Positions 39,510 to 50,211 are shown, numbered from the stretch's first letter. The stretch is DNA of 64,000 nt from Thermodesulfobacteriota bacterium (GCA_965116725.1 OZ220700.1:628923-692922), one strand, 5' to 3'. A program made the numbers and translations. Notes: generated by a model from the sequence alone, not told the origin.

Positions 39510-39878
39510 ATGAAAAACTTCGGAGTTTCAAAGGAAAAACAGACGGCACTCGAGCGGGAAATGAAGCGTCTCGGCATAAGGGAAGAAGATATCGAGGAAA
39601 CTTTCACGAGATCTTCGGGACCCGGCGGACAGAACGTAAATAAGTTGGCCACCTGCGTTCACCTGCGACACCGTCCAAGCGGCATTGCCGTGAAGGTTAT
39701 GAGGGAGCGCTCCCAGGCGCTTAACAGATTCCTTGCAAGAAGAAGACTCACCGAGAAAATCGCGACGCAGGTCCACGGAGAAGACTCCGCTGGAAGAAAA
39801 AAAGCGCAGAAAATAATAAAACAGAAAAAAAGAAGAAAAAGAAGGACGGCGAAAAAGCTCGCCGGGGATACCCAGTGA
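39510..39878 (+). CDS. arfB: GGQ-motif peptidyl-tRNA hydrolase domain protein (ArfB/YaeJ-like ribosome rescue factor)
   Basis: SGPGGQNVNKLATCVHLRH matches the RF-1 domain GGQ region of ArfB. Lys/Arg-rich C-terminal tail. Confidence 0.65.
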   Translation: MKNFGVSKEKQTALEREMKRLGIREEDIEETFTRSSGPGGQNVNKLATCVHLRHRPSGIAVKVMRERSQALNRFLARRRLTEKIATQVHGEDSAGRKKAQKIIKQKKRRKRRTAKKLAGDTQ

Positions 39879-39903
39879 TAAACCACCAACTGTCGAGTGG
39901 GCA

Positions 39904-40446
39904 ATGAAAAATACCCCTGATTCAAAGCGCAATGCCGGATTGCTCTGTCAATCATTATGCTTGACGCTTCTTCTGCTGTTTTGCCCGACGTCAGCAGAAG
40001 CCGAGACCCTGACCGGCAAACCTTATGTAACAGACGGCGATACGGTCAAAGTTTCGGGGGAACGGATCAGGCTTGAAGGAATTGACGCACCGGAAAGAAA
40101 CCAGCGCTGCAAAAATGCCTCCGGAAAAGGCTATGACTGCGGTATTGTTTCAACCGCAGCCCTTAGAAACAAAATAGGGCGCAATTCCATTACGTGCGAG
40201 GGAACAAAGCGCGACCGCTACGGACGCTTTCTCGGGATCTGCTACATAAACGAGATTGACTTAAACGGCTGGATGGTCCAAAACGGCTACGCCCTCGCTT
40301 ACAGGCGCTACTCGCGCCGTTACGTCTCCGCAGAGCAGGAGGCCCGCGAAAACAACCGCGGTTTGTGGGCCGGGGAATTCGTCGTGCCTTGGAGCTGGCG
40401 AAAAGGGGAACGGCTTACGAACAGTTCTCCACATCCCGGCAAGTAA
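39904..40446 (+). CDS. Secreted thermonuclease (staphylococcal nuclease, SNase) family protein
   Basis: Signal peptide. SNase motifs (VTDGDTVKV, RLEGIDAPE, RDRYGRFLG). Confidence 0.75.
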   Translation: MKNTPDSKRNAGLLCQSLCLTLLLLFCPTSAEAETLTGKPYVTDGDTVKVSGERIRLEGIDAPERNQRCKNASGKGYDCGIVSTAALRNKIGRNSITCEGTKRDRYGRFLGICYINEIDLNGWMVQNGYALAYRRYSRRYVSAEQEARENNRGLWAGEFVVPWSWRKGERLTNSSPHPGK

Positions 40447-40496
40447 GTCGGCAGCAAAATGTTGAAAAATCAGGAGTTCATGTCAATCTTACCTGC

Positions 40497-41777
40497 ATGG
40501 AAAACGAAACAGCTGACTCCCCCGAGGAAAACCACGGACTCTCCGAAGACTGGGTGGTTTTCGGACCGGCTTTCATCCTTATAGCCCTCGGGCTTCTTTT
40601 TCCCTATCTTTCTCTTCCCAAGTTTTCGTGGACCCCAGATTCTCTGGGCGAGGTCTTAAGCGCAAAGAACATCTCTCTTTCCCTTTCGCTGGGAGTAGTC
40701 TTCTTGTTTTTTTCAAGCTTCGGAATCCGCATGATGGGCGGATCGGTTACCCGCTACGTCGTGGGCTTTCCCTTAGTTTTCGCACTTGCGTGGGCGTCCA
40801 AGTTTCTCGCCGGAAACGCAATGGCCAAGGAATGGGGCGTAAGCTATGTCATCTTTGCTCTTTTAATCGGAATGTTCGTTGGCAATGTTTTCCCCGATCG
40901 CTTCCGGGAAGCAGTCCGCACCGAGTACTACATCAAGATTGGGCTTATAATTCTGGGTTCCGGCATCCTGTTCGGCAAGATACTCTCCGCGGGGTCGGCG
41001 GGGATTCTGCAAGCCCTGTTCGTTGTGCTCGTCATCTGGTACGCATGCTACTGGATCTGTAAGAGGCTTGCCGTGGATTCCGAGTTTGCCGCCATGCTCT
41101 CCACAGCCGTTTCCATCTGCGGGGTCTCTGCCGCCATTGCGGCCTGCGGAGCCATAGGCGGAGACAGAAAGAAGCTCTCCTACGTAACTTCTCTCGTTCT
41201 CATAGTGGCCGTCCCCATGATGCTGATCATGCCCTGGGCTGTAGAGCATTTCCAAATTCCTGCGGTGATCGGAGGAGCGTGGATCGGAGGAACCATTGAC
41301 ACCACGGGAGCCGTGGTAGCCGCGGGGGAACTGGTGGGGGAATCGGCGATGAACGCTGCCGTGGTGGTGAAGTTTTCGCAGAACGCCATGCTGGGTCTAG
41401 CTGCGTTTGCCCTTTCTCTTTGGTGGACGTTCCGCCAGGGAGCGGATGAAGGGGTAAAGCCGTCGGTCGGGGTCATCTGGGAGCGTTTCCCAAAATTCAT
41501 ATTAGGTTTCATGGCAGCGTCGCTTCTTTTCTCCTTCGCAGTTGGAGACGATCTTGTTTCGCAGACCAAGGGGCTCATGAAAGGGCTTCGCGGCTGGTGG
41601 TTCGCCCTTGCGTTTGTGTGTATAGGTCTTGAAACCCGTTTTTCCACCCTAGTAAATATGGAAGAAGGACGACCCGCCTATGCGTTTCTCATAGCGCAGG
41701 GAATGAACATCATCTGGACACTGATTATAGCCTGGATTCTTTTCGGCGGCTTGTTATTCCCCGCCCCTGTTCTATAA
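40497..41777 (+). CDS. Polytopic membrane protein, YeiH/UPF0324-like (putative sulfate exporter family)
   Basis: About 10 TM helices. The start was taken at the internal Met MENETAD to avoid overlap with the nuclease gene. The family assignment is tentative. Confidence 0.4.
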   Translation: MENETADSPEENHGLSEDWVVFGPAFILIALGLLFPYLSLPKFSWTPDSLGEVLSAKNISLSLSLGVVFLFFSSFGIRMMGGSVTRYVVGFPLVFALAWASKFLAGNAMAKEWGVSYVIFALLIGMFVGNVFPDRFREAVRTEYYIKIGLIILGSGILFGKILSAGSAGILQALFVVLVIWYACYWICKRLAVDSEFAAMLSTAVSICGVSAAIAACGAIGGDRKKLSYVTSLVLIVAVPMMLIMPWAVEHFQIPAVIGGAWIGGTIDTTGAVVAAGELVGESAMNAAVVVKFSQNAMLGLAAFALSLWWTFRQGADEGVKPSVGVIWERFPKFILGFMAASLLFSFAVGDDLVSQTKGLMKGLRGWWFALAFVCIGLETRFSTLVNMEEGRPAYAFLIAQGMNIIWTLIIAWILFGGLLFPAPVL

Positions 41778-41921
41778 AAGCCTTTGATCGTGTCACAGGT
41801 CCCTAGAAGGCCCGCAACTTATTAGGTTCTCGGCGCTATCGACAGTATAGCTCCCGTTATTGCCAAACCCGCAAAGCCAAGTACCTTAATTGCAGCAAAT
41901 ATTCCAAAGGAGTTCGTAACA

Positions 41922-42917
41922 ATGAAAGCGATTATCTATCACGAATTCGGAGAAACCGACGTTCTTAAATACGAAGAGGTAAGCAAGCCGGAGCTTGGAC
42001 CGGGAGAAATCCTTATAGAGGTAAAATCCTCCTCCATAAACTTCGTCGACCTCAGGCTCAGAAGCGGGAAATCACCCCGTCCAGTGCCCCTGCCGCACGT
42101 GGGGGGAGTAGACGTGGCGGGCATTGTATGCGAGAAAAGCGAGGACGTGTCCGACGTGGAAACGGGCGATCGGGTCATGATCATGCCGGCCGTGCGCTCG
42201 GAAAGGGGCCTTGAGATAGTCGGGGTCAATCTCCACGGAGGATTCGCCGAATATGTAAAGATACCTTCATCTAACGTGGTATCGATTCCCGAAGGGCTCT
42301 CCTTTGACGACGCGGCGACCCTTCCAACCTGCTACGTCACCGCCTGGTACGGCTTCTGCGAAAGAGGGAGTATCACCAAGGGAGAAACAGTGCTTGTGCA
42401 CGCGGCGGGAAGCGGAACGGGAAGCGCGGCGATCCAGGTAGCCAAGCTCTTCGATTCCTTCGTTATAGCTACCGCGGGAAGCGACGAAAAACTTGAGAAG
42501 GCAAAAGAAATCGGAGCCGACGTCACCATAAACTATAACTCCTCGGACCTCGGAGAGGAGCTAAAGAAAATTACAAAAACGCATAAGATAAACATGATCT
42601 TCGATCCCGTGGGAGCTTCGGTGTGGAAAGAGAACACGCAGTATCTGGCCCCCGGGGGGAAACTTCTGCTGATCGGAGTTGCTGGCGGCGGCGCCACGGA
42701 AGCAGCCCTCGGCCCGCTTATTATGAAAGATATCTCCGTACTGGGAGTAACGGTGTTTAACGCCCGGGCGGAACACTTCGAGAAAGTCGCGCAGCTTGCC
42801 GAAGAAGGTGCCCTAAAACCTTCGATACACAGCAGGTTTCACCTGAGTGAAGCGGCGGCGGCGCAGAAAATTCTCGAAGACCGCCAGCAGTTCGGAAAAG
42901 TCATCCTGAACCCATAA
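41922..42917 (+). CDS. Zinc-type alcohol dehydrogenase-like / NADPH:quinone oxidoreductase (MDR superfamily)
   Basis: 331 aa. N-terminal GroES-like domain. NAD(P)-binding AAGSGTGSAAIQVAK. Confidence 0.8.
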   Translation: MKAIIYHEFGETDVLKYEEVSKPELGPGEILIEVKSSSINFVDLRLRSGKSPRPVPLPHVGGVDVAGIVCEKSEDVSDVETGDRVMIMPAVRSERGLEIVGVNLHGGFAEYVKIPSSNVVSIPEGLSFDDAATLPTCYVTAWYGFCERGSITKGETVLVHAAGSGTGSAAIQVAKLFDSFVIATAGSDEKLEKAKEIGADVTINYNSSDLGEELKKITKTHKINMIFDPVGASVWKENTQYLAPGGKLLLIGVAGGGATEAALGPLIMKDISVLGVTVFNARAEHFEKVAQLAEEGALKPSIHSRFHLSEAAAAQKILEDRQQFGKVILNP

Positions 42918-42937
42918 GGAAAAGCCTGATTTTCAAG

Positions 42938-43792
42938 GTGAGTATCAAAAACCTGTTCGCGGCGTTCCTGTTCGCCCTCGTCGCCGCGCCAGTTGTATGC
43001 CTGGCAGAACCGCCCTGCCCAAAAAGCATAATATCGCTTACCTTAGCCTCAGACGAGATACTGGTCGACATAGTCCGTGACAGAAAAAAAATAGCTGCGC
43101 TCACCTATTTCTCGACCGACCCGCTGATCTCAAATGTCGTGGAAAAAGCGCGGGCAATTCCCAAGGTCCAAGCAAACCTCGAGCAGGTAATCGCAAAATC
43201 TCCGGATCTCGTGATAGTCGCGGGCCACACCAATCCGAACATACGCGCGCATCTTGAGGCAGCGGGGATAAAGGTACTGGTGCTCCACGAAATCGTCTCT
43301 CTTGAGAGCATAAAAAAGAATATAGAACTGATTGGAAAAGCAGTCTGCGAGGAAGCCGCGGCGAAAAACCTCGTAAAAAAAATGGAAACCCAGATCGCGG
43401 ATGCCAAGGCAAAGATTCCGCCTCACGTAAAAGCCCCGACGGTTCTTTTCTACGGAGCTCCAGGGTTCACGGTCGGCAAACGCTCAACCATAAACGACAT
43501 AATAGAAAGTTCCGGAGCCATAAACCTCCCGGCACGCCTCGGGCTAAGCGGATACAGCAACATATCTACCGAATACGTAATCCAGAACAACCCTGACCTG
43601 GTGCTTACAAGTAGTTATAATCCATCTCACCCGGATTTTGTGGGCCAGATGTTCAAAAATTCCGCCTTCAGAGACAAAAAGATCATAGTCGTCGCGGGAA
43701 AACATCTAGACGCCGCGTCTCATTATGCGGCACGGGCCGTAATTGATCTGGTGAACCTGATATTCAGAGCAGAGAACAATGCCGACCGGTAA
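42938..43792 (+). CDS. ABC transporter periplasmic substrate-binding protein (iron-siderophore/cobalamin/haem class III, BtuF/FecB-like)
   Basis: Signal peptide. Class III SBP pattern. Followed by a FecCD permease and an ATPase. Confidence 0.75.
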   Translation: MSIKNLFAAFLFALVAAPVVCLAEPPCPKSIISLTLASDEILVDIVRDRKKIAALTYFSTDPLISNVVEKARAIPKVQANLEQVIAKSPDLVIVAGHTNPNIRAHLEAAGIKVLVLHEIVSLESIKKNIELIGKAVCEEAAAKNLVKKMETQIADAKAKIPPHVKAPTVLFYGAPGFTVGKRSTINDIIESSGAINLPARLGLSGYSNISTEYVIQNNPDLVLTSSYNPSHPDFVGQMFKNSAFRDKKIIVVAGKHLDAASHYAARAVIDLVNLIFRAENNADR

Positions 43793-44816
43793 GAAAACGC
43801 TTTCCGTATACGTAGTACTCGCCTCCCTGCTTCTGTTGACCGTCATTGTGTGCGTATCGCTCGGGGCGGTGAACGTTCCGTTTGACAAGGTAATCGGCGT
43901 GATAGCCGGCAAGCTGCTCTGGCTTGATACCGGAGCTGGAATCGAAAAATCACAGGAACTTATCGTTTGGAACGTGAGGCTCCCCAGGGTTCTTCTCGCC
44001 GCCACAATAGGAGGAGGACTCTCAATTGTGGGAGCGGTAATGCAGGCGATGTTCAGAAACCCCCTGGCTGAACCTGGAATACTGGGCTGGTCAAGCGGAG
44101 GGGCTTTTTTCGCCGTTCTGGCGATCTACACCGGCGCTCATCAGCAGTGGTTTCTTCTGCTTCCTCTCGCAGCGTTTGCAGGCACGCTTCTCACGGCATA
44201 CGCAGTCTACGGAATATCACGCTACAGGGGGGTTGTCGAGAATACGACGCTTCTTCTCTGCGGGGTAGCGCTAGGAACACTTTTTGTCTCTCTCACGACT
44301 TTCGTGCTTTCAGTGTCAAACGCATGGTCAATGAAGGAAATGCTTTTCTGGATAATGGGCGGAGTCGACTCGCGCACCTGGACGCATTTCGCAATGGCCG
44401 CGGTTCCCGTGCTTGCCGCCTCGGTCATGCTGCTTTTTTATGCTAAGAACCTAAACGCAAGACTCCTGGGCTACGAGACAGCGAAGACCGTAGGTATCGA
44501 CATAGAGAAAACGACCAAGCATCTCATAGTCCTGAGTTCCCTAATAGTTGGAGCAAGCGTGGCGGTAAGCGGCATCGTGGGGTTCGTCGGACTTATAATT
44601 CCGCACTCAGTAAGACTGCTGATCGGAGTGGATCATCGCCGGCTCCTGCCCGCAAGTTTTATCGCCGGGGCTATATTTCTGCCCGCAGCGGATCTTATAG
44701 CAAGAACCGTCATGAGTCCTCAGGAACTTCGCCTCGGGGTAATCACTTCCTTCATCGGAGTTCCTTTCTTCGTGTTTCTGCTGAGGCGGAATTTCAGCGG
44801 GAGAGGAATCGCTTAG
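43779..44816 (+). CDS. ABC transporter permease, FecCD/BtuC family
   Basis: 345 aa. About 9-10 TM helices. FecCD signature region. Confidence 0.85.
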   Translation: MPTGKKTLSVYVVLASLLLLTVIVCVSLGAVNVPFDKVIGVIAGKLLWLDTGAGIEKSQELIVWNVRLPRVLLAATIGGGLSIVGAVMQAMFRNPLAEPGILGWSSGGAFFAVLAIYTGAHQQWFLLLPLAAFAGTLLTAYAVYGISRYRGVVENTTLLLCGVALGTLFVSLTTFVLSVSNAWSMKEMLFWIMGGVDSRTWTHFAMAAVPVLAASVMLLFYAKNLNARLLGYETAKTVGIDIEKTTKHLIVLSSLIVGASVAVSGIVGFVGLIIPHSVRLLIGVDHRRLLPASFIAGAIFLPAADLIARTVMSPQELRLGVITSFIGVPFFVFLLRRNFSGRGIA

Positions 44817-44817
44817 A

Positions 44818-45585
44818 ATGCAAAAAGAATCCATAAAAACATCAGGGCTCAGTTACGGCGTAAACGGAAAAACCATAGTCGACGACGTAACCTTCGAGAT
44901 CAAAAGAAACGAGTTCCTAGGAATAGTCGGCCCCAACGGCGCGGGGAAATCCACGCTTCTCAGGCTTCTTGCCCGTATAATCAATCCCGCCGCAGGCCGC
45001 ATCCTGCTTGACGGAGAGGATATCTCGGGATGCGGGGCAAAAGAGCTTTACAAGAAAATATCGTTTCTCCCGCAGACCTCGTATTTCGATTTTCCGCTTA
45101 GCGTGCTTGAAGTAGTACTTACGGGAAGGTATCCGTACCTGGGAATTTTCGAAAGCGAAAGCAAAGAAGACATGAAACGCGCCGAGGATTGCCTTTCGCT
45201 TGTGGACCTGGAAGGGTTTTCTCGAAGAAAAGTAACGACACTCTCGGGAGGAGAGCAGCAGAGAGTGTCGATCGCAAGGGTTCTTGCGCAGGAAACCGAT
45301 TTTATTTTCCTTGACGAGCCATCCTCCCACCTTGACATACACCACAAGTTCGCCCTCATGGAACTGCTCGGGTCGCTGGCCCAGGAGGGAAAAGGGGTTG
45401 TGGCCGTTCTCCACGACCTTGATCTTGCGAGCAAGTTCTGCGAAAGGATCCTCGTGCTTGAGAATGGACGAGTCGCAGCCTTGGGAGAACCATCGCACGT
45501 GCTTTCCGAAAAGCTTCTCTCGTCGGTATTTAAAGTAAGGGGTTCATGGGATCCCAGAAACGAAAATCTTCTTGTTTTCCGGTAA
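44818..45585 (+). CDS. ABC transporter ATP-binding protein (BtuD/FecE-like)
   Basis: Walker A GPNGAGKST. ABC signature LSGGEQQRV. Walker B IFLDEPSSHLD. Confidence 0.9.
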   Translation: MQKESIKTSGLSYGVNGKTIVDDVTFEIKRNEFLGIVGPNGAGKSTLLRLLARIINPAAGRILLDGEDISGCGAKELYKKISFLPQTSYFDFPLSVLEVVLTGRYPYLGIFESESKEDMKRAEDCLSLVDLEGFSRRKVTTLSGGEQQRVSIARVLAQETDFIFLDEPSSHLDIHHKFALMELLGSLAQEGKGVVAVLHDLDLASKFCERILVLENGRVAALGEPSHVLSEKLLSSVFKVRGSWDPRNENLLVFR

Positions 45586-45632
45586 GCACAGCAGGCTTAA
45601 ATAGCGGTTTTTACACTTTTTGAAACGATAAT

Positions 45633-45660
45633 TTGACAAAAAGATTCGATCAACTATATT
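45633..45660 (+). promoter_or_regulatory. Consensus sigma70 promoter for tRNA-Met (TTGACA-N16-TATATT)
   Basis: Perfect -35 hexamer (45633-45638) and a near-consensus -10 (45655-45660), about 20 nt upstream of the tRNA 5' end. Confidence 0.7.
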
Positions 45661-45679
45661 GTGTTTCCTAGTTTTATTA

Positions 45680-45753
<74 letters not shown>

Positions 45754-45880
45754 GAATTGAGAAACAGAGACCATGAAGGTCAATAAAGAGAAAGCCGAAG
45801 CAACCCCATCCAAAAGCCCCCGAGACATCATTTTTTCCCTAAAAAGCACATCGGGATTGCTTCGCCTGAAGTAAAAAATT

Positions 45881-46582
45881 ATGCAACAGCATATTGAAAG
45901 CCTGCAGAAACTTCAGACAGTTGACTTAAGAATCAGAGAGTTGACTGAAGGGCTCGAAAGATACCCAAACGAAATCGACAACCTTAAAAAAGACCTCTTT
46001 GAAAAAGAAGAATCGATAAATCTCAAGGAAACCTCTCTCTCGGAACTCAAGACGCAAAGAGACGGTCTTGAATCCTCTCTTCGCTCCAATCAGGAATCCA
46101 TAAAAAAATCCGAGGAAAGGCTTTTTGCCATAAAGACCCACAAGGAATATGAGGCGCTTCAGAAGGAAATAACCGATACCAGAAAAGAAAACCTCGAGAT
46201 AGAAGACCGCACGATCTCGGTAATGGCGGAAATCGAAGAGACCGAGGCAACACTCGCCGAAGAAAAGGAAAACTACGCGACTCTAAAAGAGCAATACGCT
46301 GGGCAGATCGCGGAAAAAGAAAAAAAGATCGAAGAACTCGAGATTTCCCGCAAACCGGCGGAGAGGGAAAAAAGCGAAATCCTATCCACCATAGACCCCA
46401 AAATACTTCCGCTTTACGAAAGAATCTTCAAAAGAAACGGCAGGGCGCTTGCGCTTGCTGAAAACGAGCAATGCACGAGTTGCAACATAAACATTCCGCC
46501 TCAGCTCTACAACGAAATACTGAAACAGACAAAACTGGTTCAGTGCCCGAACTGCAAGAAGATTCTTTACACAAACCCGTAA
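45881..46582 (+). CDS. Coiled-coil + C4 zinc-ribbon protein (COG1579/DUF164 family)
   Basis: Long heptad-repeat N-terminus and a C-terminal CTSC...CPNC zinc ribbon. This family is typically linked to RNase H and Nif3 genes. Confidence 0.7.
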   Translation: MQQHIESLQKLQTVDLRIRELTEGLERYPNEIDNLKKDLFEKEESINLKETSLSELKTQRDGLESSLRSNQESIKKSEERLFAIKTHKEYEALQKEITDTRKENLEIEDRTISVMAEIEETEATLAEEKENYATLKEQYAGQIAEKEKKIEELEISRKPAEREKSEILSTIDPKILPLYERIFKRNGRALALAENEQCTSCNINIPPQLYNEILKQTKLVQCPNCKKILYTNP

Positions 46583-46610
46583 CCGCCCAAGCGGTTATGC
46601 AATTAAAAAC

Positions 46611-47027
46611 ATGTCCCCAGAAAAAACAACCGAAGTCTATATAGACGGAGCGTCAAGGGGAAACCCGGGAGAATCCGGCATCGGGGTTCTTGTGATCCGC
46701 CCGGACGAAACAAGAGAGGAGATAAGGGAGTATATCGGCAGGGGAACGAACAACGAGGCAGAATATAAGGCGCTCATAAGAGCCCTTGGTTATCTCGTAG
46801 CTGAAGGCAGCTCAAAAGTGAAAATTCACACCGATTCCCAACTCGTCGCAAGCCAGATGAACGGGCTCTGGAAAGTAAAGGATTCAAAGCTTAGAATACT
46901 TCACTCGGAAGCGAAAAAACTCGCTTCATCTCTTCCGGCACTCGAAATAGAATATATCCCTAGGGAGAATAACGCAGAAGCTGACAGTCTTGCGAACGAG
47001 GCGATAGATAGATATTTTAATGATTAG
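46611..47027 (+). CDS. rnhA: Ribonuclease HI-like protein
   Basis: 138 aa. DEDD catalytic pattern (VYIDGASRGNPGESG ... NNEAEYKAL ... HTDSQL ... ENNAEAD). Confidence 0.8.
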   Translation: MSPEKTTEVYIDGASRGNPGESGIGVLVIRPDETREEIREYIGRGTNNEAEYKALIRALGYLVAEGSSKVKIHTDSQLVASQMNGLWKVKDSKLRILHSEAKKLASSLPALEIEYIPRENNAEADSLANEAIDRYFND

Positions 47028-47392
47028 CGAGTCGGTCATGCGGTCGCCCGCGGCTTGTACGCGGGAGGAAAGTCCGAGCTTCGCAGGGCAGGGCGCTGGT
47101 TAACGACCAGGTGTCGCGAGACAACGGAAAGTGCAGCAGAAAGCATACCGCCTGGGCGCCGTAGGCGCCTCGGTAAGGGTGAAAAGGTGGTGTAAGAGAC
47201 CACCGCTCCGAAAGTGATGGAGGAGGCAAGGCAAACCCCGCCTGAAGAAAGACAAATAGGAAAACATCCGGACAACTGTCCGGTCAGGGCGGCCCGTCCT
47301 GGTTTTCGGGTAGTCGCTTAAGGTATCCTGGCAACAGGTATCTCAGATGGATGACCGTACTTGACAGAACTCGGCTTACAGGCTGACTCGCT
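47028..47392 (+). ncRNA. rnpB: RNase P RNA (bacterial type A)
   Basis: P1 helix (GCGAGUCGG / CUGACUCGC). Conserved GGGAGGAAAGUCCGAGCUUCGCAGGGCA (P4/CR-I). GGUAAGGGUGAAAAGGUGGUGUAAGAGACCACC (P10-12 region). ACAGAACUCGGCUUACAGG 3' P4 strand. Confidence 0.85.
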
Positions 47393-47460
47393 TCCTTCCC
47401 CTATTTCTTGCGTAAACAAGTTCGTTATGGTCAGAATCATCCGGAAAAAACTGGGCTTGA

Positions 47461-48660
47461 TTACTTGATAACGACTTTCAGGAACTCTTTTTTCCCGATT
47501 TTAACCTCGAAAGCGACTTTATCGGGAAATTCCGAATTCGGATCGGTGTACTTCTCTCCGTCTATGACAAGTCCTCCCTGGGATATGAGCCTTTTAGCCT
47601 CCCCTTTAGTGCTGACGGAATCGGACACTCCTATAACAAGATCAACTACCTTTCGGGAGTCGGCAACGTAGTCTTTTTCCTTTGCGTCTTCTGGAAAAGA
47701 TCTCTTCGAAAACTTGGTTTCAAAATCCTGTTCGGCTTCAAGGGCACTCTGGGTGTCGTGTAGCCAGGAAACGATTTCCCTGGCAAGCCCTTTTTTTGCA
47801 TCCATGGGATGGCCGGTTCTTAATTCTCGTATCTTTTTTTCATTGCAGGTGCTTAAAAGAAGATAGTATCTCCACATAAGGTCGTCAGAAATCGACATCA
47901 TTTTCCCGTATATATCCTGCGGAGATTCGTCAAGGCCTATATAGTTTCCAAGCGACTTTGACATCTTCTTTACCCCATCTGTTCCCTCAAGTATCGGAAG
48001 AAAAACTCCTACCTGCGGAGATTGTCCGTAATGTCTTTGGAAATCGCGGCCGAGCAGTATGTTGAAGGTCTGATCCGTACCGCCGAGTTCAACGTCGCAG
48101 CGCATCTGCACCGAGTCGTACGCCTGCACCAGGGGGTATATGAACTCCCTGAGGGAAATGGACACTCCCTCCCTGTACCTCTTTGAGAAATCATCCCGGT
48201 CAAGTATCCGCGATACGTTAACCAGAGAGGTAAGCCCGAGGAACTCTTCTGGATCGAGGTTGCTGAGCCAGCGAGAGTTTGAAAGAACCTGGGTCTTTTT
48301 TCTGTCAAGAACCTTGAAAACCTGACGTTCGTAGGTCCTTGAGTTCTTGATTATCTCCTCTTTTGAAATCGAAGGGCGGGTTTCGCTCCTGCCGGAGGGG
48401 TCTCCTATGTAGGCGGTGAAATCCCCTATCAGGAAAAGAACCTCGTGGCCAAGAGTCTGAAAATCGCGGAGTTTCTTGAGGATTATCCCGTGACCCAGAT
48501 GCAGATCGGGGGAGGTGGGGTCAAACCCTGCCTTTACCTTTAGGGGACGGTCGTTCTTCCTTGAAGCTTCGAGCTTCAAAAGAAGTTCCTCTTCGGGAAT
48601 TATCGCCTCGGTTCCCCGTCTTATTACCTTTAATTGTTCTTTCGGATCAGCGAAGGCCAT
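47461..48660 (-). CDS. tyrS: Tyrosine--tRNA ligase (with C-terminal S4 domain)
   Basis: HIGH motif (DLHLGHG). KMSKS motif present as KMSKSLGN. C-terminal S4-like RLISQGGLVIDGEK. Confidence 0.9.
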   Translation of the reverse strand: MAFADPKEQLKVIRRGTEAIIPEEELLLKLEASRKNDRPLKVKAGFDPTSPDLHLGHGIILKKLRDFQTLGHEVLFLIGDFTAYIGDPSGRSETRPSISKEEIIKNSRTYERQVFKVLDRKKTQVLSNSRWLSNLDPEEFLGLTSLVNVSRILDRDDFSKRYREGVSISLREFIYPLVQAYDSVQMRCDVELGGTDQTFNILLGRDFQRHYGQSPQVGVFLPILEGTDGVKKMSKSLGNYIGLDESPQDIYGKMMSISDDLMWRYYLLLSTCNEKKIRELRTGHPMDAKKGLAREIVSWLHDTQSALEAEQDFETKFSKRSFPEDAKEKDYVADSRKVVDLVIGVSDSVSTKGEAKRLISQGGLVIDGEKYTDPNSEFPDKVAFEVKIGKKEFLKVVIK

Positions 48661-48694
48661 CTGGAAATTCCTCCTCGCAGCGGGTTTAGCCTAT

Positions 48695-50179
48695 TTATGG
48701 AAGATCGGTTGATCCCATAAGATACCTGTCGCACTCTCTTGCGGCTTCTCTTCCCTCGTTTATAGCCCACACCACAAGGCTTTGCCCCCTGCGCGAGTCC
48801 CCCGCAGCGAAAACTCCCTCGACGTTCGTCATGTACTTTCCATACTCCGCCATGGCGTTTGAGCGCTCGTCGGTACGGACATTCATCTGCTGGAGGAGTT
48901 CCTGTTCGGGTCCCAGGAATCCGAGGGCCAAAAGCACTAGCCCACATGGCCATTTCTGCTCGGAACCCTCAACTTCTCGAAAAGTCATCCTTCCGTCATC
49001 CCCCATGTACCACTCAATGCGTACGGTCTCAAGTTCCGCCACCCTGCCCTCTGCATCTCCTACGAATCTTTTGGTAAGAACCTGATACCTTCTCGGATCT
49101 TCTCCGAAAACCGCCATGGCCTCCTGTTGGCCGTAATCAAGGCTGTACACCCTAGGCCATTGCGGCCACGGGTTATCCGCAGCCCTTTCGAGCGGAGGCT
49201 TGGGAAGTATTTCGAACTGAAGAAGGCTCCTGCATCCGTGTCTCATGGATGTCGCGACGCAGTCGGTTCCGGTATCGCCGCCCCCGAGGATGATAACGTC
49301 CTTGTCCGCGGCGGAGATGTAGCGGCCGTCGGCGAGCCCACTGTCAAGAAGGCTCTTCGTGTTAGCCCTCAGGAACTCCATAGCAAAGTGGATTCCATCA
49401 AGGTCCCTTCCCTCAATCGGAAGATCCCTAGGCTTCGTAGCTCCCGTGCATATCACGACCGCGTCAAAGTTCTCTATGAGTTCGTTTCCGTCGATATCCT
49501 TTCCCACTTCCGTGTTGGTGACGAACTCGATTCCCTCCTCCGCAAGTATATCGACGCGGCGGTCGACTATCTTCTTGTCGAGATGGGGGTTGGGAATTCC
49601 ATACATGAGCAGTCCGCCGATGCGGTCGTCCCTCTCAAACACGGTGACCAGGTGTCCCGCCTTGTTAAGCTGTGCTGCGCAGGAAAGTCCCGCGGGCCCG
49701 GAACCTATGACGGCGACTTTCTTCCCGGTTCTGATCTCGGGAGGCTCGGGGGTTATCCATCCTTCCTCAAAACCCCTGTCGACTATGGCGCACTCTATGC
49801 TTTTTATGGTGACCGCGGGCTCGTTAATGCCCAGAACGCACGACCCCTCGCAGGGAGCGGGGCATATCCGGCCCGTGAACTCGGGGAAATTGTTCGTCTT
49901 GTGAAGTCTCTCGAGAGCCTCTCTCCAGAGTCCCGAATAAATCAGGTCGTTCCACTCGGGTATAAGGTTGTTTATGGGGCATCCCGCGGTCATGCCGCCG
50001 ATTATCTGGCCCGTCTGGCAGAAGGGAACCCCGCAGTCCATGCACCTTGCACCCTGAGTGGCAAGCTCTTTTTCGGGGAGATGACCGTGAAACTCGTCCC
50101 AATCGGCGATTCTGCGGGCAGGATCTCTGTCAGGCCCGAGCTTCCTTTTGTAATTCATAAAACCTGTGGGATCACCCAT
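48695..50179 (-). CDS. gltD: Glutamate synthase (NADPH) small subunit
   Basis: 494 aa. N-terminal Cys cluster (CMDCGVPFC ... CPAPCEGSC). FAD/NAD(P) Rossmann folds ([11 protein letters not shown]). Confidence 0.9.
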   Translation of the reverse strand: MGDPTGFMNYKRKLGPDRDPARRIADWDEFHGHLPEKELATQGARCMDCGVPFCQTGQIIGGMTAGCPINNLIPEWNDLIYSGLWREALERLHKTNNFPEFTGRICPAPCEGSCVLGINEPAVTIKSIECAIVDRGFEEGWITPEPPEIRTGKKVAVIGSGPAGLSCAAQLNKAGHLVTVFERDDRIGGLLMYGIPNPHLDKKIVDRRVDILAEEGIEFVTNTEVGKDIDGNELIENFDAVVICTGATKPRDLPIEGRDLDGIHFAMEFLRANTKSLLDSGLADGRYISAADKDVIILGGGDTGTDCVATSMRHGCRSLLQFEILPKPPLERAADNPWPQWPRVYSLDYGQQEAMAVFGEDPRRYQVLTKRFVGDAEGRVAELETVRIEWYMGDDGRMTFREVEGSEQKWPCGLVLLALGFLGPEQELLQQMNVRTDERSNAMAEYGKYMTNVEGVFAAGDSRRGQSLVVWAINEGREAARECDRYLMGSTDLP

Positions 50180-50211
50180 TGAAAAACTTCTCCTCCGTCA
50201 GAGCTTCCGTG

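Noticed and set aside
39904-40497. 82-bp overlap between the SNase nuclease gene and the long ORF 40365-41777
   Set aside because: The membrane-protein ORF has an in-frame Met at 40497 that lies just before its first TM helix. Using it removes the overlap.
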